64,000 bases of DNA from Heteronotia binoei. Taxonomy: Eukaryota. The position numbers and the translations under genes are program-made. Under the pieces are notes generated by a model that saw only the letters and a list, made by a program, of their open reading frames with translations, was not told the origin of the DNA and did no database searches. Numbering within the stretch: the stretch's first letter is position 1; each line of letters begins with the position of its first letter. The DNA is taken from positions 150,350,001-150,414,000 of the forward strand of contig NC_083224.1 in assembly GCF_032191835.1 (NCBI RefSeq). Direction: 5' to 3'. This document shows, piece after piece, positions 46,512 to 60,460 of this stretch.

Positions 46512-49290
46512 AATAGTTTATTATTAATAGTTTATTTATATTCCACCCATTTCCCCATGGGGGCTCAAGGCGGAGCACAACATAATAAAATCACATTAAA
46601 ATCATAAATTAATAAAAGCAATTACAATCATTCCATAGACAAATAGCTCGGCAGAACAGTTTTAATGAGATGGTGCAGGTGGACAGTGCAGCGATTTAGC
46701 GCAGTAGGATATACAGTATACAGAGTAGGGGAGGATGACCGATCTAATGGGCAGATGCCAGCCACCTCACCCAAAAACCTGGCAGAACAGCTCCGTTTTA
46801 TAGGCCCTACGAAAGGCTAGTAAGCCAGGTAGGGCCCGGATCTCTATAGGGAGCTGATTTCACCAGGTTGGGGCCAGGACCAAAAAGGACCTGGCCCTTG
46901 GGAGAGGCAAGATAGGCAGCTTTTGGACTGGGGACAGTCAGCCTATCCTGGGAGACCGAGCAAAGCGACCTCCAGGACATATATGGAAAAAGACGGTCCC
47001 GCAAGTATGCTGGTCCCAGGCTGCATGGCTTTGAAAGTCAGAACTAACACCTTGAAGCGGATCTGGTACTCTATAGGCAGCCAGTGCAGACCATGAAGCA
47101 CCGGCCACATGCTCACCCATATAGGTGATGCAGTCAGCAGGCAAGCTGCCACCTTCCGCACCCGTTGCAGTTTCTGGATCAGCTTCAAGGGCAAGCCCGC
47201 GTAGAGTGAGTTACAGTAATCTAATCTGGAAGTGACCATTGCATGGGTTACTGTGGCCAAGTCTTGGGAGGAGAAATATGGTGCTAGTTGCCTGATCTGC
47301 CGTAGATGGTGGAAGGCAGACCTGGCAGCTACCACGACCGGGGCCTCCATGGAAAGTGAGGCATCCAGGATCACTCCCAAGCTCTTCACCTGCTAGGATG
47401 GCACTAAAACCGCACCATCCAAGGGTGGGAGCTGGGTACACAGACCGCCCCACCTCAACTCAGGCACAGGACCTCCGTCTTTGCTGGATTTAACTTCAGT
47501 CGGCTCTGCTGTAGCCATCCCGCTACAGCCTCAGACAGGTGTTCAGGGGCAGAGGACGGTCTGCCATCCATCAGCAGATAGAGCAGGGTGTCATCAGCAT
47601 ACTGGTGACAACCCAGTCCGAAACCTTGGGCAATCTGGGCAAGGGAACGCATATAGATGTTAAATAATATGAGCGAGAGAATAGCTCCCTGCAACACTCC
47701 ACATATAAGTGGGTGCCGCATGGAGGTTTGCTCACCCAGCCTCACCCTTTGTCCGCACCCCTGGAGAAAGGAGGAAAACTATTCCAAGGCTGTCCCCCAT
47801 ATTCCGGTGACGGTGAGACGGTGGGTCAATAGGTCATAATCGACCATGTCAAACACTGCTGAAAGGTTGAGAAGAATCAGCAGCGCCAACCCGCCTTGGT
47901 CCAGATGTCTTCTTAGGTCATCCATGACAGTGACTAGTACTGTCTCTGTCCCATGGCCCAGGCAGAAACCGGATTGGAATGAGTCCAGGAGAAGATGTTT
48001 CATCCAGGAAAGCCTGTAGCTGCTCCACCACCGCTTTCTCAACTACCTTTCCCAGAAACGATAAATTCGAAACTGGGCGGTAGTTGGCTAGAACCATAGG
48101 GTCCAGTGAAGATTTTTTCAAAAGTGGCCGAATTTCCGCCTCCTTTAACTTCTCTGGGAATGTCCCAGTTGCCAGGGACAAGTTGACAATGTCACCTAGA
48201 AAAGCCCTGACATCATCCTGGCAAGCCTTTACAAGCCAGGATGGGCAGGGGTCCAGGGGGCAGGTAGTAGGCTTCACTGCAGCCAGGACCCTGTCTATAT
48301 CCTCCAATGTGCGTTGACTGAATTGGTCCAATATTGGACCATGTGACAGCCAAGGGGCTTCCAGTTCATGTACTGCATCAACTGTGGTGAAGAGGTCCTG
48401 GTGGAGAGTCAAGATTTTATCTGCGAAATATGTCGCAAAAGCCTCAGGACCAATATCCAATACCCCATCTTTTTGATTGCTTGATGGCAAAGTAGTCAGA
48501 GACTGAGTCACTCTAAACAATTGAGCTGGACGCGACTTTGCAGACTCTATGGAGGCCACATAGAAATTCTTCTTAGTGGACTTCACAGCCTTCTCATAGA
48601 CTTTCATAAGCATTCTATAAGAAGTTCTAGACTCTTCATCACGGGCATGCTGCCACACCCGCTCTAACCGTCTAAGCTGTCGTTTCATCCTTAGCAGGTC
48701 CAAGGAATACCAAGGAGCTTCTTTGGTATGACAGTGAAGAGGGCGCCAGGGGGGAATGTCGTTGATGGCAGTAGAGAGCCGGGTATGCCAGTCCTCCTCT
48801 AGCTCATCTAATGACCCACCAGGGGGCATCGGGTCCTGCAGGGCCTCCTGAAACTGCTCTGGGTCCATTTGGCTCCGGGGGCGAGCATAAATCACCACCT
48901 AAACAGGGTTGGAGTTGCAGGTCCAGTCGGACTTTCACAGCATAGTGGTCCAACCATGGAACAGCATTTGCTGTTATCAGATCCACCAATATCCCTGCCC
49001 CGAAGATCAGATCCAGCCTGTGCCCAGCCTGATGTGTGGGGGCCGATACAAATTGGCTGAGTCCCAGTGTTTTCATGGACGACACCAGGTTCTGCACCTG
49101 CAAAGACTCCGCATCATCAACATGGACATTAAAATCCCCCAAAACTAAAAGTCTGGGGAAGTCCAATGCCCAAGTGGACACCGCGTCTAGCAGGGCAGGT
49201 AGGCTCTCCAGTGGTGCATTAGGCGGTCAGTACACCACCCAGATTGTCACACTCTCCTCGGCTTCCCACACCAGGCCAGTGCACTCTATG
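46512..49290 (-). mobile_element. 5'-truncated L2-clade LINE, ORF2 disrupted
   Basis: APE remnants LGDFNVH and THQAGHRLDL; RT motifs CPLDPCPSWL, NYRPVSNLSFLGK, QSGF, YADD, LKLNPAKTE, SLGVILD and SRLDYCNSL; 3' tail ccgccttgagccccc...atataaataaa. Confidence 0.92.
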
Positions 49291-50337
49291 AAACTTCCTG
49301 CTTCATTGGCAGTGCCTGCTTGATGCTTCTTCCTCATCCAGCTAGGGAAAGTTAACACAGAGCCTCACAACCATGACTCTTGAAACATGAGACACTACAG
49401 GTCTTAGGCTATTCTTTCATTACATTACCTTGTACAGTTCTCCTTTACATTACCCTCACATGTCCTCCTTGGAACCATTGCAAAGGTTTTTGACCAAATA
49501 AGGTGGGAGGAAGGGATTAATACCCCCCCCCCCTTGCCATTTTCTTGGCCTGAAAAGGTCAAGGAGCTTCTATTTGACACACTGGGAAAATTTACATGTT
49601 ACCATTAGTACCTGTAAGGTTTTTTTTCCAGGTGGTCTTAATGGTCAATCTACCCCTGCAGGTAAGAGCTAAAAAAGAAACTAGTAGAATCCCCATATAT
49701 ATCACACAAATTCAAATACAGCCTTGCTCAGTGAACTCTGGTCAAAGTTTGGCTGCTAGCCATTGAAGCCTGGTACATGCTTACAGAAAGATACCTGATT
49801 TCCATACCTTCCTAATAAGAGTTAGGACTCTGTTTAGGATTACACTGTTGTTTTCTCATGATGGCTGTACATGATGTGTGGCAACATGATAGTTCAAACT
49901 GTAGTGTTGTTTTCTCTGATGGTCCGTTTACACTGGGAATTCCAATCTTTCAAGTATTGAGTAAACAAGTATATAAAAGAGATTCTTTTAGCACAGCAAT
50001 ATCTGGATTAGATTGCACCTTACCCAAAATGGTATTGCAAGCAGCCATCTTCTATTCAATCAATCCATAAAACTGTTTACTGTTAGAGATTATTTGTTCC
50101 CAAAATCCACATGCAGAAAAATGAAATTATGTTGTCGGATGTATGAACTGGCCCTGATCCCAAAGATACCTGAATTTACAGTCAAGGATCAGAGGATTAC
50201 ATTTACAGGCACCACCACCTTGTTTGCTATAAATTAATAGTACAATCCAAAACAGAGTCAATGAAGAACAGGTTTAAAAGTTTTTAACTGCTTAGGATTG
50301 CACTCTATATCTGCCCCTGCAGAAGAGGAGTGTGTTT

Positions 50338-50530
50338 TTATACCCCACTCTTCTCTACCTCAGCGTAAGTGGCTTACAACAGACACCTTATGAGGTAGGT
50401 GGATCTGAGAGAGTTCTGAGAGAACTATGATTGGCCTGAGATTATCCAGCAGGCTTCATGTGGAGGAGTAGGGAATCAAACCTGACACTTCACATTAGAG
50501 TCCATTGCTCTTAACCACTACACCACACTA
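50338..50530 (-). mobile_element. tRNA-derived CORE-like SINE
   Basis: Reverse-strand head (ctagtgtggtgtagtggttaagagc, ggtttgattccc) and ccacctacctcataaggtgtctg block. Confidence 0.7.
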
Positions 50531-50886
50531 GCACTCACAAAACAAATTTATGAAACAATCCTGTGCAGAGTTACTGCAGTCTAAATTCAATGAAATCCAC
50601 TGGATTTTAGATGAATAGGATTGCACTGTTAGATCCTCAAATCAAACACAGATAAATATCTAATCTTCACAGTGACCTGTGCTTCAACTTTCTTCTTAAT
50701 CTTAACACAAAAAAACTTTTGGGGTTGCTGGAGTGCAAAAGGAGAGAATGAAAGATCGACCAATAGAGTTATTGTGGAAGATATTACTTTGGAAGTAAGG
50801 TAAGGTCTATGAAAAAAAGATCAAGTTAAGGGGCAGAACAATTTCCCATTGCCAATTACATCTCTGGCTTGTTTTCATGTCTTCAC

Positions 50887-51071
50887 CCGGGCTTTTTTTG
50901 TAGCAGGAACTCCATTGCATATTAAGCTACACCCTTCTGATGTAGCCAATCCTCCTAGAGCTTACAGTACGCCCTGTAAGAAGAGTCCTGTAAACTCTTA
51001 GAGGATTGGCTACATCAATGAGGCATAGACTAATATGCAAAGGAGTTCCTGCAAAAAAAAAAAAAACCCTG
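50887..51071. mobile_element. Fully palindromic MITE (cagggctttttt family)
   Basis: gcaggaactccattgcatattaagc...gatgtagccaatcctc / gaggattggctacatc...ctaatatgcaaaggagttcctgc; half copy at 54753-54835. Confidence 0.85.
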
Positions 51072-54000
51072 CATGTCACCCAACTGCATGTAAAACTAAG
51101 AGACTCCATGTAAACACTTCATTATTTTCTAGAACTTGTTTGACCTTTTTAATCTTTGACAGGCCTGGGTGTCTTTGAGAACTAATTTTAGAGTTAACAC
51201 TTACACTTTGTAGGAATCTTTAAGTTTGCCAGGAGATAAAGGTAGAGACTGGCTTTCAGGACAACAACTCCTGCCAATATTCCTTTCTCCATAAATCTAA
51301 CATTTACAAGTTCAAGAACTCTCCCTTCCTTTCCCTCTGGTCATTCTTTTAGCACATCCTACTTTTGAGTAAGATAGCGTAGAACCAGTATGCTGTCTGT
51401 GTCTTTGTGTGCTCTGTGGACAGAAAGTTATGCATTTTTGAAGGTCTCACTCACATTGCCTTCACTGATCTAGCAACTGTCAAAAATATCCCACTAAGGG
51501 GCACCAAGGGAAATGGTAGCCATGGAGGGCTCAGGAAGGAAAGAAGAGGAAATTGCTATGGGGACACTCTGCTGTCCCTGTAGTGACTCTGCATTCAAAG
51601 TGGCAACTAGAGCTACAAGGAGGATTGCCACTGTATGAAAGCAGTCATGATTTGGATAATCAGAGCTGGAAAGTGGCTTGGGGGAGAGAGGGAATAAGTG
51701 GTTTTTCATCATAAGAAAGTGAAGTAACCGGATTTCCTTCCTCCTGTTTGGGTAGCCATCTCTTGAATTCACAAACATGAATCTGGACTGATCTGGACAA
51801 GCTCTTTAAATAAAACCAGAGAGTGTCTAGCAATGATGCCAAGAGGTGGGAGACCAGTAGCTTTTGAAGGGCTTGAAGTAGATCTCAGCAGTTTTGAACA
51901 AGGCCACAATCTGGAGAATATCAATATTGGAAGAGTCAGGTTGTGTCAGTTTGGGGATTGGGTAGAAAAGCCAATGGAAGGTTTTTGCTGAACTTGCCTG
52001 TACTAAAAGGGGGTCTCCATCCGCCATGAGTGACCTCATCTTGTCATCAGGGTGCTCCTCTCAGCCTGAGGCAGGAAATGTGAAGTTCTTGCTCTCAATG
52101 AATGTATACTAGGAGCTGGTCCTTCCAGAATACAGGACAGCAAATGAAAAATGGCTGTCTTATGAGGCTCAAGGTTCAGCAGATGGGTTAATCACTGCCT
52201 CAGAGGACCCTTCTAGCAAAAGCATGTTGGAGGAAAGACCTTTGCCTGCTATAGAAAGTTCATGATGTTATAGTACAAGTACAGCCACTGCCCTGCCCTG
52301 CTAGTCTTCCCTGATGCCCAACAAAATCTTGCATAAAAACAAAGCATTTCTTGGTGGTGGTTGTTTTTCAGGGAAAAAATATAGTCACTACTACTGATTA
52401 TCTTCCTCAGGAACCTCAGCAAGCTTTCCAGGTTGCCAAATAAAAACACAAACTGGAAAACACTGTGCCAGGGGAGTTAGCACAGTTCTTAATCCAGTTC
52501 TGCTACACAGTACAGTGTAATAAGCGTTAGAATTGTGTAAGCTCAAAAAAAATAATGACAGTTCCCCCCACCCCCTATTTCAAACGCCAAAAATGTTAAC
52601 AAAAAAGACTATAGAACAATGAGCAATTCTTGCTGCTTGGTATGACGGTACCTTCTTCCCCAGGGACATGCATTTACAGATAACTACTAAGCTGCTGCTT
52701 CTCCCCATCACTACCACCACCCTCCTTCATGTTTCAGCAGAAAGTGCAGAGTGGGTCGGGGAGCCATAAAGTAGCTAGAAATGAAAGCTTTTAATCATAT
52801 GAGAGAAAGGGATGCTTTTCACAGGGAGCACACAGTCAGATTCCAGTAGCAAGAGTGCAAAGTTCTTCTGGGGTTGTCTGCATTTTTTCATCATCATTAA
52901 AGCTCCATGATTATATGCCTTTGATTTTAAAATTACACAATATAAAATTCAAGTGATAAGAGTGTAATTTAGAACAAAGAGCAAAGAGAAAAAGCTGTAA
53001 TTAAAGATACACACAAATGCTAAAAACACTTCATAGAAAAACACAGCAGTCAGGCACAAATTCATGGAATATGGGGATAGGGGGAGAAGCACAACAGACG
53101 GACACCCTTAATATGAAGCTCAGAATTTCACAAGCATGTTCCATACTATATAGCAGTTGCTATGGTAACAACCTTTATTTTCTGAAGCCGTACAGATGTG
53201 TACAATTCATGAACTTACGGGTTGTAAATTATTGCTTTCTTGAGGGGGTGGGAGTATCAATAACTTATGAAGCTTCCTTTTTATTTTTTTAAACCACTTG
53301 AAGTTTCCCTGTTATGTGTGTGTAGGGTAATTGAACCCAAAGACAACTGAGTGCTGAAATGCTCATGCAGGCTGAGGAGACAGAAATGGTTTTTCTTTGT
53401 GGAATAGAGATATTTAAGTTAAATTACTCTGTCTTTTGTTTTGTTTTTGAAGTATTCATGCACATCCTACTGGGAGGGGATATAGAAAAACAAAACCAAA
53501 TTTTAGGTAGAAGTGCAGTTTTAAAAGAACTCCAGGTTCATTTGTATTGTGAACTAGCTAATAACGGTTTCATTAAGCAGTTGTTACCAGTGAATTATTC
53601 ATTAGCAATTTTTGTTTTTCAAAAAATATATTGTGCAAGTCTTGTTATTTCAAAAAAGTACCATGAAACTGACAACAAAACCCAACCAAGGATTGCCCCT
53701 CAAAATTCCACAGGTTTTAAAGAAAGCCTTGCAACTTTCCCTTTTTAAAGTACTTCACCTTGGCTGGAACAGGTCTCCCATTTTCTTTTTTCAAATATCC
53801 TCACCCCTCCCAAAAAGTGAAAATTCCTTACTCTTATAAAATGCAGACTCTGAGTACTCTTGATGTAAGAAAAACATATATAAATAATGTTGCTATCTTA
53901 TATACAGGTGTCTAAAACCCATATTAGGATATTTGACAAGACATTTAAATAAATATTCCATTACACACTTTCCTTAATGAAAATCTAGAATTAGCTAAGC

Positions 54001-54304
54001 ACCCAAAGTATTTATTCAACTGGCTTTTTAAAACATTAAAATTACACAATTTCTAAAAAAAAAAAATTACTATGGTGGAGGGAGCTGCACACAATCCAGC
54101 TAGACTGAAAGCACAACTTAGTTAATGTTGCACAGATTTTAGTCCCATTGGTTTAATGGGGATGTCAATCATAGGCTCAGTTATCTCCAAATGGAACCAA
54201 TGAGACATCAAACATGTGAAACTTCAGATAGATCATGCCCCAAACTTTTTTTAAGCCTCTATAAATCCCTTTGAAAAATATTATGAGAATAGTTCAAACT
54301 CAGA

Positions 54305-54752
54305 CTACAACTGCAGGAGCTGCCATGGGTCATCTGCTTGGCATGTAGAAGATTCCAGATTCAATCCCCAGCATCTCCAGTTAAAAGATGTGGTAAATCA
54401 ACGTTTGAAGAGAAATGGTTTCGTTTTTTTCAATATGTAACTTCCCAAAGTAATCCATGTTGTAAATTGCTAAGGAGATACTTGAGTTTTGTTTGCTATT
54501 GAGGGTCTGATGGTTTGTCTGTATGGATATACTATGTATGTATTATTTTGCAGTCTTGCTCTATTTTGTTTTTGTTTTAGTTTTGCTCTGTAATTTTGAG
54601 TTTCACTTTTTATTTTATTTTATTTTTGTATTACTTTGAGATTTTAATAAACCATTTAAAAATTTTTAAAAAAAGATGTGGTAGCTGGGAATGAGAAGAC
54701 CTCTGCCTCACATCCTGGAGAGCCCCTGCCAGTCTGATTAGATAATACTAAC
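54305..54752 (+). mobile_element. tRNA-derived SINE split by an L1 3'-end insertion
   Basis: Head ggagctgccatgg...agattcaatccccagcatctccagtt; tail aagacctctgcctc...ccctgccagtctgattagataatact. Confidence 0.7.
54396..54670 (+). mobile_element. Short 5'-truncated L1-mediated insertion (3' UTR-like) with 13-bp TSD
   Basis: TSD aaaagatgtggta at 54383-54395 and 54671-54683; tt|aaaa target; AATAAA near the 3' end followed by an A-rich tail. Confidence 0.75.
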
Positions 54753-55685
54753 CAGGGCTTTTTTTGTAGCAGGAGCTCCTTTGCATATTAGGCCACACCC
54801 CTCTTATGTAGCCAATCCTCCAAGAGCTTACAGAACCCACACGAGGAGGAGGAGGGAGACAACAACAAAGCAAGAAAATTTTATATCCATAGTTATCACA
54901 GACAGGTAACTTGTTAGGATGGATTCCAACAATTTACCCCCTTATCATACAATATACAACACATATATAATGTGATATATCAGGATAGCATTATATATGT
55001 GGAGGATAGCATCCACATGAACTATTATGAAATGGTACCATAAGTGAGTTGTGATCAAAACTACTGTGCAGAATTCTACTCAAGGACAGAGGCCTGACCT
55101 CCTTCCACTGTCCCCGCACTCTGCTCAATGGTGGGAGCCCCTCTAGAGTAGCAACATAAGAGGTATGAATCATCATCATTTCAAGAAAACACTGTCCCTC
55201 CCTGTACATGTAACACAAGCCCTTTCTATTTGTACAGTGGTCGGCAGGAGTAGGTAGACGTGGATATTGCAGATGGATGTTTTTACTTTCACACTCTTAA
55301 AAGCCAGGTTTTGTACCTTATCCAGAGTTCTGCAGCCCTGTTGCATGGTGTATCATGCAGTTCCTGAGAGAGAAAGAAGGGGGGAGGAGGTTGAAATAGC
55401 TCTCTAGCCTAAAGAAGCTCTGGGCTGGATGTATGGGGGCTGTAGGAAAGGGTTTTGTGCCTCTAAGGAGCAGAGACATACTTAGGCATGCTTAAAGTGG
55501 TTTGTAGAATCCCATCCCTGGTCTCCATGAAAGTCACCAAACTGAAGGGGGAAATTGTTTATCCAAACATCTACTTCCATCATTCAATTACCAAGGTTTA
55601 AATACATTTGCACTGTCAGGAAGTAACAGGTGGATTTTTTTTAAAAAAGAGTATATTTTCAGGGTGGGGAAAGAGGACAGTGAAT

Positions 55686-55765
55686 GATAAGAACATAAGA
55701 GAAGCCATGTTGGATCAGGCCAATGGCCCATCCAGTCCAACACTCTTTGTCACACAGTGGCCAAT
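55686..55765 (-). mobile_element. CR1 3' end fragment followed by (TG)n
   Basis: ataagaacataagagaagccatgttggatcaggccaatggcccatccagtccaacac is the reverse of the CR1 3' terminus. Confidence 0.7.
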
Positions 55766-57307
55766 ATTTGTGTGTGTGTGTGTGTGTGTGTGTGTATGAT
55801 GTGGTAAAAGTTCTCTCTCTTCCTCTCCCCTCTACACAATTAGGTGATTTACTCAGAGCTTTACATTCATCACTGATATTATTAAAATTGTAACTATCTG
55901 TTATCTATTCAAGTTGTTATTAGGAGGATTTAAGCTATTGCTTGCTGCCAATTTTACCAAGGCAAAGAATTATGCGGAAAGAAGACGTCTTCTTTTTGGC
56001 TTACTGTTTTCTGCAAGTGTTACATAAATTACATTTAAGTCATCGGATAATTATGAACTTTCTTCTCCTTTATATTTATATGGAATATTTATTGAAATGC
56101 ACACTGTGCTTTTACAATAAAGTGCCTTTTACGCAGGTTCCTTTGTTCATCCAAAAGGAAACTGACAGTTATCCTTTTATAAGCTATTCTAAGAACATTT
56201 TCTCTTCTTTGAAACTGATTGATGCACTCCTTTAAATGTTCCTGCAAATATCTTTTGAATTTAAGTTTCTGCATAATGTAATAAGATAAAAAGAATTCTA
56301 TACTTCAACAAGAGACATTACAAAGCAACCAGAGACATTATCAAGAGCATTAACATGCTCCTAATAGCAATAAAACCTTTTAACTGTCTGATGTTGAACA
56401 TGCTCCTACCAAACCACCACATATTATGGTAATTGGCTCCAATTTCTGAATCTTTCATTGCAAAGTTACAAGTTAGGTAAGACTGAAAGTGAACCTGAAA
56501 TCCACAGCCTTGCTAGTTCTAGTTTATTCTGTCCCATCACACACATACAATGTGTTAAAATGGTTTCGTGCTTTCACAAGTAGGTGGGGTTTTGTTAAGG
56601 GGCAAAATGTGCCTTTAAAGGAAAATTATAAGAACAGAATCTGCAGGGATACTTATGTTAGATTTAACTTCAGTTTAACGTTGTGAATTGAAGTGGCATG
56701 TCTAGCATATAGCAAAATTTCACACTCTGGCAATTGCAACCTAGCTGTCTGAATACACTTCTAGCATCACTGAAGGCAGTGTATTTAACGGCATTTAGAA
56801 TATCGTGTTCTCATTACCTGACTCTAATGGCTGTTTTACATATGATGTGTATCACCTGATTACCCTTAACACTTCATGACTCAAAGGTGTGAACTGACTC
56901 AACCAATAAGCATTGTGTCAGAAGTAATAATGTGTTGATATGAAAGTTCTGCCTGGTGGTATTAGATTTGTGATGGCTCATTCGTACATTCAAGTCACTT
57001 ACTGGGTACTGCAGTCCAGAAGTGACAAAAAAGTCCTAAATCAACTTTTGGCAAAGGTATGTAAGGTGTTAGATCTAAATGGAGTTATAGATATACACAG
57101 AGCCTACTATATTTAATATGTATCATAAAGATCTGGCTTTACATTGTTGTAAACAAGAAATGAAAACAAGATATACCTCTCCAGTTACTACATATTAATT
57201 CAGGGCCATGTTGGGGACTTTCAAAACAAAGAAATGCACTAACTGACTTCCTTGTTTGTGATTCTGTTCCATGGGACAAACTATATTTTACCTTTTCTGC
57301 CCATGGA

Positions 57308-57309
<2 letters not shown>

Positions 57310-57388
<79 letters not shown>
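57310..57388. repeat. (TTTC)n microsatellite
   Basis: About 20 perfect units. Confidence 0.98.
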
Positions 57389-57515
57389 TTTCAATGAAGG
57401 AAGGAAGAACTTTTGTATTTTTGTATTTTGAGCCCAAACTTTGCTCTGAAATCATTATTCTAGAGATGCTTAAATGTCATTTGGGTGGCTCCCCACTCCA
57501 TAGGGTAGTTAGCAT

Positions 57516-57709
57516 CAGTGTTCCCTCTAAGCTGAGTTAGCGTGAGCTAGCTCACAGATTTTTAGCCTCCAGCTCACACATTTTTGTCTTAGCTTTGGAA
57601 TGATGACCCCAGAGCACAATAATTTATGCAGTAGCTCACAACTTTAATGCCAGTAGCTCACAAAGTAGAATTTTTGCTCACAAGACTCTGCAGTTTAGAG
57701 GGAATATTG
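57516..57709 (+). mobile_element. 194-bp hAT MITE with perfect 8-bp TSD
   Basis: TIRs cagtgttccctcta / tagagggaatattg; TSD gttagcat at 57508-57515 and 57710-57717. Confidence 0.9.
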
Positions 57710-60424
57710 GTTAGCATAATGTTTAAACAAACCCAACTGCAAATGAATTATACACTTATATATATTTACTCCCTATAACTAAGCAATTCACTCACTAGAG
57801 TATATTTGCATAAACTAAAACAATCCTTTAATATTATTACTTTTATAATATTTTAATGATTTTTTTTCACTATTTGACAACTGGGTAATACTGTGTTGTC
57901 ATTAGCACAAATGGTTGAGCCCAACTAATTTTTAAAATTTATTTGATTTATGTCATTTTAGTCCACCTTGCTATTTGGACCTAAGGTGGATTACATAGTG
58001 AGTGAGTGAGTAAAATCCACAGGATGGGACTTCAATAAACAATACAAGCAGGGGTATAGCACAATCAGAAATCTAAAAACAGAACTGAAGCAAAGCATAA
58101 ATTTTAACATGACGTATAAAATCATGCAAAAATTACATAGTAGGAACTACATAGTAGATGAACACAGCTCTAAGGAAACAACCCCTTCCCCCCCACACAC
58201 ACACACTAAGTAACTGTTTGCAGAGACAGTCAGTTCTGAAAATATTCTGTGTACTCAACAGCTGTGGCCACAGTATTAACTATTAAGCTTTTCACCGCAA
58301 AACATTTCATAGAAACATTCTGTAATGAGCATGGCTTTATCTTCAATAACATGAAAAGGTATTTTGAGTTGTTCCATATTGATTTGCTGTAGCCCATTTA
58401 TTGAAATGTGTACAATGTTTGCCTTGTTTCAGAGTTATCCTTATTTCAATCAACTGGATCTCTCTTTAAAAAAAATGTAATACTCCTCATTAGCTATTAA
58501 ACACTGAATATTGGGCTGAATTTTTTTAAAAGTTAAAAAAAAAAAAGAATTGGTGTCCCTTTGCCTGAAATATTTCACTAGCAGTATCCAGTCTTATAGT
58601 TGTTTCTGTTCTCATCAATGTACAAAAATCTACTTCTTCAATTATATTGTTTTAATGAATTTCACTGTGGCATTTTGAAACCACATTTTTAAAAAATATA
58701 TATGCCTTTTATAAGGAAACAGCAGTAAGGGCACAAAAACCTTCACAAACCAGGAGGCAATCCTTAATATACACTCAAGATTAAATCCCATTGATAGAGG
58801 GTTGGTAGGGGTTTTTTGTTTTTGTTTTTTAAAAAGGACTGATGTTATTTTTCTCCTGTAAACACAATAAGGTGGAGATTATAGATAAGACTGAACACTG
58901 GCTAAGCCTTTCAAAACAGCTTGTCGGCTTTATCATGCAAGTTTAAATCACGGTATTAGTATATTACGGTTTTTAAAAAGACGTCATGGGAGACACTTTG
59001 AAATTAATTAAAAACCTGTATTCATTTGTTTGGGAGAGATAAACTTTATTAATGTGAAAATAACCCTGACAATTCCCCCCTCCCCATATAGTTTTCAAGC
59101 CAAAATTAGACACTGCCACTAATATCTTTGTATTGCTTTTCCTTGGGGTATGACATGCAGCTATACAGGGTATGAAGATTTCTGAAAGAAGTATTTATTA
59201 CAGGTACATCCAAAAGATTTCATGTATTGCATCAGAAAAGCTTGATCGACACTAGAATGATCTGTCAGTTTGTTCTTCTGGTTGTTTTTTTTTTAATCTT
59301 GTCCTTTGGAAGTTCAACAGCAGCCCCTAGTGGACACCTGGGAACTAAGCACAAATATCCATATATACCAGGCAGCTTGCGAAACCAATGGCACTTGTGA
59401 AACCCCAAGCGCCCTAGAGAGACTACATTAAAAAGGCAAATTCTGCTTGCAGCCCCCATGAACTGCTGCTACTGACAGTGTCACCAGTCAGAACGCGACC
59501 TCCAGGACACTGAAAACGCCGGCCTTTGTCATGGTAATCATTGCAAATTTCAACCACTGTCACTCTGAGCAAGAAAAAGATAAACAGCCAACAATATACA
59601 TCTATCTGGACTGTCACATTCGTTTTATGCATGAAGACCAATAATTATGCACTGAAAAAAATAGAGAAGGGGGGAGGGCATACTTCAGAATAATGTTCGC
59701 CATAGCTGAAGTCAAAGCAAGAGCACACATGAGCGTAAGATTATTGTGATCCTTTGCAGAGTGCCTATTGTGGTTATAGGTTCTGCTTTACATTTCTGCA
59801 GATGTAAAATGCAAAACAACCCCTGTACAGATGGAGAAAGTTTGCCCATCCACAGAATGGCTGTCCAAATGCATACAAGGAGAATAAAAGGTAAATACGC
59901 TGCAGACATTATCACATCCCCTTTGTAAACTAACATTACAGCTTTCCTTTTCTTTTTAACCATAGGCGGTGGGAGGTGGAACCCTCACCACATATCTGAC
60001 TGCCTAACTGTAATTCCACAATTTTCACTAAGCCCTCAAGGAAGCTGTTTGCAGGAGCCCTAGCTGCCAGTAGCATGGTTACGTGTCCAGATGAAATCCC
60101 AGTGGATTGATCAATGTTAGTCGGAAGGAGAAGAGGGCTGCTTTCCTTCATATTCTACTTGCATTTTCATGTAAGGGCTGCAGGGTTGTAACAAAAGAAT
60201 TTCTTCATCCACAGATATTAAAGACATGTTCCTTTTTTAGCTGAATATTACAGGATGTATTTATGCAAGAAATGGGGTGAACTGTCCAAGCATTTCATGT
60301 TAACTTGCCATATCTCAGGTTCTTTACCTGAAGTTCCATGAATTTTAGTTTTCTTGTCTGGATTTCCAGAAGAAGGGGTCACATCTCAGGCTGAGGGGCC
60401 AGAACCCACTGAAAAGGCTACCAT

Positions 60425-60460
60425 CTACATTTGATCTTAGCCAAAAGGCCAAGAAGCGAT
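60425..60460 (-). pseudogene. RNU2: 5'-terminal 36-nt U2 snRNA retrocopy with 12-14-bp TSD
   Basis: Minus strand ATCGCTTCTTGGCCTTTTGGCTAAGATCAAATGTAG equals U2 nt 1-36 with 2 mismatches; flanked by aaaggctaccat at 60413-60424 and 60461-60472. Confidence 0.93.
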
